Of a DNA stretch of 64,000 nt, positions 21,344-30,599 are shown piece by piece (within the stretch, counting starts at the first letter, position 1; each line of letters starts with the position of its first letter). The notes beneath the pieces were generated by a model, which worked only from the letters and a program-made list of their open reading frames with translations, was not told the origin of the DNA and did not search any database. Where the stretch lies: NCBI GenBank assembly GCA_963706325.1, contig CAVPLT010000001.1, forward strand, positions 1,183,703-1,247,702, in the 5' to 3' direction. The position numbers were made by a program, and so were the translations under genes. This DNA comes from an uncultured Nitrospiraceae bacterium. Lineage in GTDB: Bacteria > Nitrospirota > Nitrospiria > Nitrospirales > Nitrospiraceae.

Positions 21344-21835
21344 TCATTGGCTCAATTCAGCGATCCGCCGTTCTTGCTCCTTCATTTTTCGACTGGCCGC
21401 CAGTGTTTCCGGCTCTAAGAGACCATGCAGGATCTCCTCTCTCAGCTGGATAAATAGCGGGCTCTGACGGGCCGAGGCCAGTTGACCTCCCTGTAAGAGT
21501 TCGAGCCAACGGGTGGTGGAGGCTGCATAGCGGCCATTTGGAACCGTGGTGCGCAATTCTTGAAAGGCGTTGATCGCATCCTCGCGGTTTTCAAATAATG
21601 CGACCAATCCCCTGGTATAGGTGACCTCCTCGCAGGTCGCGCTTTGTTGGCAATTTGCCCTGCGTGATTCTTGAGCGCGACTCACGACTCGCAACGCCTC
21701 TCGCTCTTTCGTATCGGTCTCAAAAAATGCACTGCTCGGCAACGTAACAGCCAACCCCGGACCTCCGGCACAGCCCCAGAGGGCTGCGGCGACAATGATC
21801 CAGATTGAGCGGTGTGCGGACGTACTTGAATTCAT
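21344..21835 (-). CDS. Hypothetical lipoprotein (helical, TPR-like)
   Basis: ATG 21835 with GGAGGT RBS; lipobox 'ALWGC'; helical-looking body with a Cys pair. Confidence 0.65.
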   Translation of the reverse strand: MNSSTSAHRSIWIIVAAALWGCAGGPGLAVTLPSSAFFETDTKEREALRVVSRAQESRRANCQQSATCEEVTYTRGLVALFENREDAINAFQELRTTVPNGRYAASTTRWLELLQGGQLASARQSPLFIQLREEILHGLLEPETLAASRKMKEQERRIAELSQ

Positions 21836-22359
21836 GGAGCACCTCCCAAATACCAAGCAGGTTGCGCGCTTGATGCGGCTATTCACTTCTGACCTATTCA
21901 AACTGCCGACTCCTCCGTCCGCGCGATGTTCGGCCCGCTAGGCGGGCATTCAATCTGAGCAGTTGAGGGCTGAGCCTGGATGATAGCCGGGCCAGATTGC
22001 CTGTGCAGTTCTTAAGGAAAGATGCGATTCAACGGAGGATCAATTCGCGAGGGTGAAAAGATGACTACTGTGGAGCGCAAGCATCTCTTGGTTTCTTGTG
22101 AGAGCGTCAGCACGGAGGGCCGCCTTTCGAGCGTTGACGGCGGTGGCAGGCCGCAGGCAATTCAGAGTGGAGATGGAAGGATAGCCAATTATTACTCTAC
22201 GCTGTCTAGGCCAGCGAAAGCAAAGGGCTTGCGATGGAGGTTGGATGGTAAATGTGAAGAGCAGGGGGACAGCTGGTACGAGGAGGTCCACTGGTTGGTG
22301 ACAATCCCGCAGGCCAGGACAGGTTGCTAGAGGGGATTAGTTTGACGAAATCGGTAGAG

Positions 22360-22986
22360 CTATCGATCGAAATGATAGGCGATGCCGAACATGAAGAGGT
22401 TGGCCCGATAGTCCGCGGTGATGTTGCTGCGGGTAAAGTGAAACTGAGCAAAATTGTATTTGTATTCGATGAAGGGGGCGAGGTGAGGGGTGAGAAAATA
22501 TTTCACCCCGGCCAGTACGTTGAAGCTCGGGGCAAACGACGCTTCCGGCCTGAAATTTCCATCGGAAATATTACCCATATTGAGCCCGATCCCAAGCCCT
22601 GCATAGGGCTCAACCTTGTATTGATAGCCTGTCACGCGAACCAGTGCATTGAACGCGAGCGAATGCACCAATAGGTCGGCACCGGGGATTTGTCCCGACA
22701 GCACGGGATTCGTCGAGCGAGGGACCGTTTGCTGCTTGATATCAGGAGCCGATCGATACAAGTCGACCTCAAGACCGAACCAGTTGAACCCCCGATCGTC
22801 GAAGTAGTGGCCAAACTTAGCGCCATATGCCAAATTATTCGCTAAATCGAGCCCGCCGACGTCCGTCGTATCGAGGGTGGCGATGTTGGGTCCGATCGCG
22901 AATGCTCCATAGTTCTCCGCATGACCGAGCGTGGGGAGGCACAGGGCCACAAGTCCCAACAAGAAGCCCAATTGCCTACGAAACAT
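22360..22986 (-). CDS. Small outer-membrane beta-barrel (OMP_b-brl/OmpA-barrel-like)
   Basis: ATG 22986 with GGAGG RBS; signal peptide; 'PYAGLGIG', 'GVKYF', 'EYKY', C-terminal 'GIAYHFDR'. Confidence 0.8.
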   Translation of the reverse strand: MFRRQLGFLLGLVALCLPTLGHAENYGAFAIGPNIATLDTTDVGGLDLANNLAYGAKFGHYFDDRGFNWFGLEVDLYRSAPDIKQQTVPRSTNPVLSGQIPGADLLVHSLAFNALVRVTGYQYKVEPYAGLGIGLNMGNISDGNFRPEASFAPSFNVLAGVKYFLTPHLAPFIEYKYNFAQFHFTRSNITADYRANLFMFGIAYHFDR

Positions 22987-23092
22987 ATCCCCTCCAAGGC
23001 GACCGAATATCTCGTCTTCCATTTCCCTGTTGGATCCTACTCTAACGGGCTTAATGCGAGGTGGCAAGAGAGAAGTGTGTCTCATTACCAGA

Positions 23093-25342
23093 CTAGCGGC
23101 ATGAGGAGTCGCTTCGATGAAGCAATGTGGGCCGCAGGCAGAATCCACGCCACGGCGATTCATCCCAGGACCAGTTCAGCAGCGCATACTCGGTATGGGT
23201 CACACGATTTTCAATCACCCGTCCGAATCCTCCGATCCGTAACGAAAAACCGGCGGGCAGCAAGAAGTCACGTAGCACTCCGAATTCCGTGAAGTTGCCG
23301 GCGTAGTAGGCCGGATCCCCCTGCTCATTCACAAAACGCTCTCCGCGCCAGATGGTGACGTACGGCCGCCAGCCGTCCATATTCACGCCGGCCGTCAGTT
23401 GATAGCCACGGCCACGAACGATCGGGGCTCCGCTCTGCGTCGGTTCGTCTTGACTGGTGAGGTACATCGCCATTACATCGATTTCACGGAACCACGACAG
23501 AGCCGACCAATATCGGTTGGGCTGGAAGGTGAATTGCGGTCCGAATGCCGTCAGGAAATTGTTTCCGGCCGGGCGATCGCGGGGAATACCGGGTCCGAAG
23601 AAGGTTCGAGATTCCGAATATTGTGCGCCGCCGGAATGAGACCAGTAGACTTGGCCATTGAGTGAGAAAAAGCCGGCGCTGGCCCGTCCTGCGTAGCCCA
23701 CATCGAACCGTTCCGGCTTCTGAAATGTCTCGATTTGGTTCCAGTTGATGAACAGATCCTGCTGATAATGTTGCCGGTCCACCAGGAGTTGGAAGCCTTG
23801 TTCGATCGGACGAGAAAAGAGGGAGGCATCGTTGAACAGCGCATCCACGAAGGGATGGTTGCGCTTGATCGTGCCTGCAATCAGCGACACCGCAGGCCAC
23901 ATCTCATATTCTGCCGATAGGATCGGTTGGACCGTGTGGAATCGCTGCGTATCCCCGACCGGTAAGCCGGCGAAGATGCCGAGATCCAGGTTCAACCTGG
24001 ACGAAGGGCTGTATCGGAGCACGGGAGCGATGTATTGGCCGGCGAAGGTACTGTTCGCGACCGGTCGTCCTCCGATTTGCTCGAGGCCTGAATAGGCGAT
24101 GTTATACGCATAGGTCAACGTATCGAGTTTGGCCGTGAAGCGAGGTGTGGCCTCCGCGGCTTGCTCGGGGGAGGCCGGCGTGCTCTGTGCGGGGAAGAGG
24201 TCTCTCATGAATCGTCCGTCCGCGGTATCCCAATTCCAGTTGAAGACGAGATACTGCTGATTGACCCATTTGGTCCCTTGAGGGATAACCTCATTGACTG
24301 CATTACGTAGGTGCCTCGCCTGAACCCCGAACTCGATGGACGCCTCGTCGCCCAAGACAAAGACTTTAGAAAGGCCCACCTCCATGAAATTTCCCGCGAC
24401 GAATTCGGGGTCGCCTTGCTGGCTGAGGAAGTTCACACCGCGCCAGAATCCCACGCGAGGACGCCAACCTGCGATATCCAGCCAGACTTGAACATCGTAA
24501 CCGCGTCCGTTGTCATAGGGCGTAGCGCGAGCCGGTTGATTGAAGCTGTTAAGATACGTCAGTCGGATGCCGATTTCATTCCACCATCGGAGTGAACGGA
24601 CATAACGTGTGGGTTCGAAGACGAGTTCAGGGCCGAATGCGGTGACCAGATTGTTGCCAGTGCTGAATGAGCGATCGAGTTTGAGCAGGGCCTGACCGTG
24701 ATGGACCCAATGCGCCTCGCCGTTGAAGCGGAAGAAACTGGCTCGAAGTTGCCCCACATATCCGACATCGTATCGATTGGTAGCGGAGCCGCCAAAGGCC
24801 TGCTCCCAGTTGATAAATAGGTCCTGCCGGTAATACTCTGAGTTCGCCATAATCTGCGCGCCCTGTTCAATCGGCCGCACAAACCGGTTGGCGTTGTCGA
24901 AGACCGCGTCGTGAAAGTCTCGGTGCGGCACCGCGAGGGTACCGAGCAGGGCACTCACTTCCTGAGTAGGGCTATATTGGAGTCGGACGATTGGCCGGAC
25001 TTGTGAGACCTCCGTGTCATGACCGAACGGCATATTGAGGAACACTCCAAGGTCCAAGTCTACGGAGGAAAGCAGCTGTTTCCGTACATACACGTTCAGC
25101 AGGTTGCCGATCAGTGTCGTATCCCGGCCTATACCATTGGTGAAGGTATTATCCTGGAGGCCCTGTTTTCCAAGGTTGAACAGGAACGTTGTGGTTTCGA
25201 TTCGCAGGTCGAGAGCGTGTGGAGCGGATGGAGGCGGCCCTTGGTCGGCTGCCGAGGCCGTGATCACATGCAACAGCCCGAACAATGTTCCGACGAGGAA
25301 GAAGGAACGCGCGCGCCATCTGTGGGGGTCGGACTGCAGCAC
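23093..25342 (-). CDS. Hypothetical outer-membrane protein with a tandem internal duplication (probable two-barrel OMP)
   Basis: Signal peptide then two colinear ~330-aa aromatic/beta-rich repeats joined by a Pro/Ala/Glu linker. Confidence 0.8.
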   Translation of the reverse strand: MLQSDPHRWRARSFFLVGTLFGLLHVITASAADQGPPPSAPHALDLRIETTTFLFNLGKQGLQDNTFTNGIGRDTTLIGNLLNVYVRKQLLSSVDLDLGVFLNMPFGHDTEVSQVRPIVRLQYSPTQEVSALLGTLAVPHRDFHDAVFDNANRFVRPIEQGAQIMANSEYYRQDLFINWEQAFGGSATNRYDVGYVGQLRASFFRFNGEAHWVHHGQALLKLDRSFSTGNNLVTAFGPELVFEPTRYVRSLRWWNEIGIRLTYLNSFNQPARATPYDNGRGYDVQVWLDIAGWRPRVGFWRGVNFLSQQGDPEFVAGNFMEVGLSKVFVLGDEASIEFGVQARHLRNAVNEVIPQGTKWVNQQYLVFNWNWDTADGRFMRDLFPAQSTPASPEQAAEATPRFTAKLDTLTYAYNIAYSGLEQIGGRPVANSTFAGQYIAPVLRYSPSSRLNLDLGIFAGLPVGDTQRFHTVQPILSAEYEMWPAVSLIAGTIKRNHPFVDALFNDASLFSRPIEQGFQLLVDRQHYQQDLFINWNQIETFQKPERFDVGYAGRASAGFFSLNGQVYWSHSGGAQYSESRTFFGPGIPRDRPAGNNFLTAFGPQFTFQPNRYWSALSWFREIDVMAMYLTSQDEPTQSGAPIVRGRGYQLTAGVNMDGWRPYVTIWRGERFVNEQGDPAYYAGNFTEFGVLRDFLLPAGFSLRIGGFGRVIENRVTHTEYALLNWSWDESPWRGFCLRPTLLHRSDSSCR

Positions 25343-25471
25343 AATGGGGGCCGATCATAAAAGGATGTCATGCAGGACGTCAACGCGTCTTTTTCGATCG
25401 CGACCAGCAGTGGCTCCATCGGTCGGCGACGCCTCGTGGCGCAGCCATCCGGCTGCTGAACGGACCAGCCT

Positions 25472-26869
25472 GTGAGCGACGACAAGCCGTCCTTGCCCGA
25501 ACTGCCCCGGTCCGGCCTTTGGTTGGGGACCATGCTTTCCCTCATCGCCGCGGGCACCCTTCTGGCATCATTCGGAATTCAATGGCTGACGGTGTCGCGA
25601 CTGGGCATCGGCATCCAGACCGATGCGTTTTATGCGGGGGCCACGGTGCAGCAAGTAATCTCCACACTGGTGATGGACCCGCTGATGTTCGTTCTGGTTC
25701 CCTATTTCTCCGCCCTCACCAGGGACGAGCGAATAACATTTGGCTGGTTCTTGCTCGTGGCGGTCTTCCTTTCGGCGGGACTGTTCTCCGGCGTGACTGC
25801 GGTCTTCGCCCCTGTCATCATGGCCTGGGTCGTCCCCGGATTCTCGCCGGAGGCTCACAGCCTCGCGGTCGAACTGACGCGTATCCAGTCCCTCGCCGTG
25901 GTCGGACTGTCCTGCTTCACGGTCCTGGCTTGTTTTTGTCAGGCCGGTAAACGTTTCTTGTGGCCGGCGCTGGCGGCCTTGTTCTGTGGCGTATTCGGAT
26001 GGGCCCTTCTGTGGATCGGCCTCGATCGCTGGGGGGTGAGGTATGCGGCTTGGATCCAGGTCTTCATCCTCGCTGGGCCAGCGGTGATCCTGCTGCCGTC
26101 ACTGGAGGCAAGGCCATTGCCGTCCTGGGCGGACGAGGTCGGAAAGCTGCGGCAATTATGGTCTCGCTTTCGCCCGCTGGTCCTCTCGTCCGCTTTTATC
26201 AGGAGCGGGTTTGTCGTGGATCGTTTCCTGGCCTCGTTCCTCGATCAAGGCAGCCTCGTCATTCTGGAACTGGCTGGGCGCACCCTGACGGCCCTGGTCC
26301 GTGTCCTCAACCAAGGCATCACGACGCCTATCCTGCCTAGGTTGACCCTGTGGGCCATGAATGGGCAATGGGAACCACATGCGCGACTCTTGCGGCATCG
26401 ACTCGCTTGGATCGCCGGCATCGGTGGGTTGGCGTTCCTGCTGATCAGCTTCGTTCCCTCCGTGGTGCTTTCTGAGGAAATATGGGCGCGGGCGAGCGCG
26501 ACACTCGGCGGCGCGCTCACCCCGGGTGACCTCCGCACCCTGTGGGTCACTTTTGTGTGCGGGTCAGGGATCCTGCTCTTTGGAGGGATCCATAATCTGC
26601 TGATCAATGCGTTTTACACGGCAAGCGAAACCGCGCTTCCGGCGAGGATAGAGATGCTGACCCATACGGCGGGACTGGCGATGAAGACAGTGGGCGTCCT
26701 GTTGGGAGGGCTGATGGGGATCGCTATTGCGATCAGTCTCTTTTATGCCCTGAACACGATCACCCTTTCCGTTGCGCTCAGACGAGCGGTCGGGCGCCGT
26801 GGGGTTCCGGATGATTCGTTGAGCGCCCCCGCCTCACGGCCATCCGGAGGCCCGCCGCCGGTCCTGTAA
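25472..26869 (+). CDS. MurJ/MviN-like (MOP family) flippase of polysaccharide locus
   Basis: Multi-TM; 'GIQTDAFYAG', 'VVPGFS', 'VVDRFLASFL..GS'; first gene of polysaccharide operon. Confidence 0.75.
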   Translation: MSDDKPSLPELPRSGLWLGTMLSLIAAGTLLASFGIQWLTVSRLGIGIQTDAFYAGATVQQVISTLVMDPLMFVLVPYFSALTRDERITFGWFLLVAVFLSAGLFSGVTAVFAPVIMAWVVPGFSPEAHSLAVELTRIQSLAVVGLSCFTVLACFCQAGKRFLWPALAALFCGVFGWALLWIGLDRWGVRYAAWIQVFILAGPAVILLPSLEARPLPSWADEVGKLRQLWSRFRPLVLSSAFIRSGFVVDRFLASFLDQGSLVILELAGRTLTALVRVLNQGITTPILPRLTLWAMNGQWEPHARLLRHRLAWIAGIGGLAFLLISFVPSVVLSEEIWARASATLGGALTPGDLRTLWVTFVCGSGILLFGGIHNLLINAFYTASETALPARIEMLTHTAGLAMKTVGVLLGGLMGIAIAISLFYALNTITLSVALRRAVGRRGVPDDSLSAPASRPSGGPPPVL

Positions 26870-26905
26870 TCAATGTAGGGCGGCCGCAGATGTCGAACGA
26901 TCATA

Positions 26906-28051
26906 ATGAGAGCAATCAGAACAGGCTGGCTCATCGCCGCATCCATGGGAGTGTCCCTTGTCATCACCTGCTTGGGACTTGAGGTCGGCTTGCGATTCAT
27001 GCCGGTGAGTGATGGGCTGAGAGGACTACCGGTCAATGCCGACAATCCGATCTATCGATTCGCGCCGAACCTTCGGTTACGGTGGACGAAAGGATGGAAC
27101 TTCTCGCTGGCCAATGAGATCGTGACCAACAATGAAGGGTTCATCAGCAACGTAGACTACGATGCCGCGGCCACCATTCCTTTGCTGGCCGTGATCGGAG
27201 ATAGTTACGTAGAGGCTGCCATGGTGCCCTACGACCGAACGGCATCAGGCATCCTAGGCCGACTGGTGGAGGGCCACGGGCGGGTCTATTCGTTCGGAGC
27301 ATCGGGCGCGGCATTAAGTCAATATTTGGCCTATGCCCGCTACGTGCGAAAGCGGTTCAATCCGGCCGGCATGGTCATGACGATCGTCGGCAATGACTTT
27401 GATGAGAGCCTCTTGAAGTACAGACGCTATCCAGGCTTTCATTACTTCATGGAAACTCCCGAGGGCGGGCTGGAGTTGACGCGTCTGGACCGCTCGGTTC
27501 CCTGGTGGAAAAATGTGGTGGTGAGGAGCGCACTGGGTCGGTACATCGTGATGAATCTCGAGGTGGGAAACCTGGTCGAGCGGTTCACTCACGGTCTCTC
27601 CGCAATCGCCGGGCATGATCTCGAGTTCGTGGGCAACGTGGACGCCACGGTCGACAAGGATCGACGGACGGATGCACTCAGGGCGGTGGACGCATTCCTG
27701 AGGCTGTTGCCCTCCATGTCAGGGCTCGAACCTCGCCACGTGCTGCTGGTCGTGGATGCCCCGCGGCCAGAGATTTACTCCCCGGTTCAGCTACATGTGG
27801 CGCGGAACAGCTTTTTCGGGGACATGCGGCGGTATCTCATCGAGAGGGCTTCTGCACAGGGCTTCGAAGTCATCGACCTGGAGAAGGTGTTCGTGCAAGA
27901 TTACCAGAAAAGAGGCATGACGTTTGAGCACAAGAATGACTATCATTGGAACGAAACCGGTCATGAACTGGTGGCGGCGGTCATACGTCGCTCATCGGTT
28001 TACGACCGGGTGTTTCAACTCCGAGAGTGTGCCGCAGGATGTGCCAGATAG
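26906..28051 (+). CDS. SGNH/GDSL-fold protein, putative polysaccharide O-acyl modifying enzyme
   Basis: N-terminal TM, block I 'IGDSYVE', 'GNDF', DxH 'NDYHWN'. Confidence 0.7.
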   Translation: MRAIRTGWLIAASMGVSLVITCLGLEVGLRFMPVSDGLRGLPVNADNPIYRFAPNLRLRWTKGWNFSLANEIVTNNEGFISNVDYDAAATIPLLAVIGDSYVEAAMVPYDRTASGILGRLVEGHGRVYSFGASGAALSQYLAYARYVRKRFNPAGMVMTIVGNDFDESLLKYRRYPGFHYFMETPEGGLELTRLDRSVPWWKNVVVRSALGRYIVMNLEVGNLVERFTHGLSAIAGHDLEFVGNVDATVDKDRRTDALRAVDAFLRLLPSMSGLEPRHVLLVVDAPRPEIYSPVQLHVARNSFFGDMRRYLIERASAQGFEVIDLEKVFVQDYQKRGMTFEHKNDYHWNETGHELVAAVIRRSSVYDRVFQLRECAAGCAR

Positions 28052-28102
28052 GATAACGTCCAGCGAGCGTCGCAGCCGCCCCGATCGTTCGGAGTCCACC
28101 GA

Positions 28103-29119
28103 ATGTCCGTCGTGAATCCACGCGTCCTCTCCGTCATTCCCGGCTTGCCGGTTGGATACTGCATGATTTTCGCCAGGACCCAGATTGCGACGCTGGAGCA
28201 ATTGGGAGTGGTCAGCCAGTCGTTTTTCTTGCAAACTCGCACCGCACCGGGATTGCTCCTTTCTGAGGCTGCGAGATTTCGCCGTGTGGTCGCTTCTTTT
28301 CAGCCGGACCTTATCCATGCGCACTACGGCACCGTCACGGCGCTCTTCTGTGCCCTCCTAACCAGGCTGCCGCTCGTCGTGACGTATCAAGGCAGCGACC
28401 TGAATCATTATTGGCACGCGAATCCTTTGAGACCGCCGACCGCCAGGGTCATGTCCCAGTTGGCCGCTTTGCGCGCCTCGGGGATCATCTGCGTAAGTCA
28501 ACAATTGAAGGAGCGGCTCTGGTGGTATCGAGCCCATGCTCGCGTGCTTCCTTCGGGTGTGGACAAGAACATCTTCCATCCCGTTTCACAGCGGAATGCG
28601 AGGGCGAGCTGCGGCTGGTCGGATGACGAGAAGGTGGTCGTCACGAGCGCCGGGACCGATCCGATACACAAGCGGCTGTCACTGGCGCAGGCCTCGGTGC
28701 AGGCCGCCGAGTCGTTGTGCGGAAAGATCCGGTTCGTCGCGTTGGACGGGAAGAAGGATCAACGAACCGTCGCCACCCTCTTCAACGCCGCCGACTGTTT
28801 TCTGCTGACCAGCATGGCCGAGGGTTCTCCCAACGTGATCAAAGAGGCCATGGCCTGCGATCTGCCTGTCGTTTCCGTGGATGTGGGCGATGTCCGGGAG
28901 CGGCTGCGGGAGGTCAATCCGACCAAGATTGTCGACGCACACCCCCGGAAGCTGGGAGCAGCCGTGGCCGAGCTGGTGAGCTTGCGCAGCCGATCCAATG
29001 GAAGCGCAGCAATCCGCGATCTTTCCGCGGAAAGAGTCGCTTCCGATGTGTTAGCCCTTTATCGTGAGGTCTTGGAAAGGCGGCGAAGCGTGCCCCGCCA
29101 ACCGCATGCCACGCGCTGA
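28103..29119 (+). CDS. Glycosyltransferase family 4
   Basis: 'PDLIHAHYG', 'GSD', EX7E 'EGSPNVIKEAMAC', 'DVGDV'. Confidence 0.9.
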   Translation: MSVVNPRVLSVIPGLPVGYCMIFARTQIATLEQLGVVSQSFFLQTRTAPGLLLSEAARFRRVVASFQPDLIHAHYGTVTALFCALLTRLPLVVTYQGSDLNHYWHANPLRPPTARVMSQLAALRASGIICVSQQLKERLWWYRAHARVLPSGVDKNIFHPVSQRNARASCGWSDDEKVVVTSAGTDPIHKRLSLAQASVQAAESLCGKIRFVALDGKKDQRTVATLFNAADCFLLTSMAEGSPNVIKEAMACDLPVVSVDVGDVRERLREVNPTKIVDAHPRKLGAAVAELVSLRSRSNGSAAIRDLSAERVASDVLALYREVLERRRSVPRQPHATR

Positions 29120-29183
29120 GGGGATGGTGGCCGGATGAGCCTCCCAGTTCACGTTAAACGCGGGCTATGGTCTAGCTTGTGCC

Positions 29184-30599
29184 ATGGAATATTACCTCTT
29201 ATTGACTCTGGAGACCACGGTCATTGCGGCCTTGGCATTGCTACTCTGGCTGAGGACGGGCCATGTGGGGTTTCCTGTCGGTATCGGTCTCCTCTACTTC
29301 TGGTCGCTCCATGGAGCCTGGTCGATCATCACGGATCAGCTGGGTGGGGAGAGTGGAAAACGTTATAGCTATTTGCTCGCGAAGATGTTTCCGGTCGAAT
29401 TAGACGGGGACTACCTGTGGTCCCTGTTCCTGTATGCAAGTTTCATCATTTTGATCGAACTGACGCTGTTGTGGTTCCTGACAGCACAAGGACAAGAAGG
29501 GGCGGTCGTCGACTATGGCACTCCCCTGTCCATCTCCCATGGATTCATCCTGTTGCTCTCCGCCCTCTCCATGGCGGCGAGCTTTCTGATCATGCAAGAC
29601 CAGTTGCTGGTTGCCGCTCAGTTCAACATGTCCCCGTATTACGCGACCAGAGGCGGGCTAGGGGAATACAACGAGTGGTTCACGCTGCATCAAGTCCTGA
29701 ACCGGATGGCGCTGTTTTCCCTCGCGATCGGATCGTCTGTGTATCTCTCGGGCCACCGCGGCCGGTTCCTGGTCGGAAGCAATGGGGTCATGGTCGGAAT
29801 GGCTTACATCGGGTCGATCCTCGGGACCTTTGGGTTTCTGGCCATGCTGGGCAATAAGAATGAGCTGTTCTCCGCCTTTCTGTTGGGGGGACTCTTTTAC
29901 CTGGGCAACGCCAAGCCGGTGAGGTGGGCGCTCGTGGCGCCCATCGGAATTTTTGTTTTTCTTTCCATCGCCGCCATCGACCTCCTAAGAGGGTTCTCGA
30001 TGGGCGCCCTCCTGGATAGCGCGAGTTGGTGGGAAGCCCTGGCCTGGTCTCCTGAAATCCGGTCGAGCAACGAAGCTTTTGCCGCCCATTTTTCCCTGTA
30101 CGGCGTTTTGCAATTTAACCCCGGCTACACGTATGGCTCCAGTCTCGTGGCCTTAGCCACCTCGATCGTTCCGCGAGTGTTCTGGCCTGACAGACCCGAA
30201 GGCACCTATGTGCAGTACGCTGAAAGCCTGGGTATCTATGAAGGGGCGACCGGGCAGGGCTTTACCGTCCATCACGCCACCGGATGGTATTTGAATTTTG
30301 GCACATGGGGGTTGATTGCCGGCGCCCTGCTCGTGGGCATCATCTGGGCGAAGTGTTACAACGCCCATAACCGTGTCAGGCGCGGCGATCGCCATTGGGC
30401 CGCTGTGTTGGCGATCGTGGCTCCGGCGGGGTTCGTCTCATTCATTCCGCCGCTGGTGCGGGCGGGACCCGAGGCCTATAAGGGCATGGTTATCGAAGCC
30501 TTCCTGATTCCGGCCATGATCGTCCTATTGGCGTCGATTCCATGGGGGAAGGTGTTGGGTCTGTCGGAGTTCCCGTATGGAACAGCGAATGTCGAATAA
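29184..30599 (+). CDS. Putative Wzy O-antigen/polysaccharide polymerase
   Basis: ~10-11 hydrophobic segments, large periplasmic loop 'VPRVFWPDRP', 'WYLNFG..G'; context. Confidence 0.7.
   Translation: MEYYLLLTLETTVIAALALLLWLRTGHVGFPVGIGLLYFWSLHGAWSIITDQLGGESGKRYSYLLAKMFPVELDGDYLWSLFLYASFIILIELTLLWFLTAQGQEGAVVDYGTPLSISHGFILLLSALSMAASFLIMQDQLLVAAQFNMSPYYATRGGLGEYNEWFTLHQVLNRMALFSLAIGSSVYLSGHRGRFLVGSNGVMVGMAYIGSILGTFGFLAMLGNKNELFSAFLLGGLFYLGNAKPVRWALVAPIGIFVFLSIAAIDLLRGFSMGALLDSASWWEALAWSPEIRSSNEAFAAHFSLYGVLQFNPGYTYGSSLVALATSIVPRVFWPDRPEGTYVQYAESLGIYEGATGQGFTVHHATGWYLNFGTWGLIAGALLVGIIWAKCYNAHNRVRRGDRHWAAVLAIVAPAGFVSFIPPLVRAGPEAYKGMVIEAFLIPAMIVLLASIPWGKVLGLSEFPYGTANVE

Noticed and set aside
22022..22330. 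102-aa plus-strand ORF (and 83-aa antisense ORF) in the gap between OMP and lipoprotein genes
   Set aside because: No recognisable motif or convincing protein-like composition; cannot be supported as a gene
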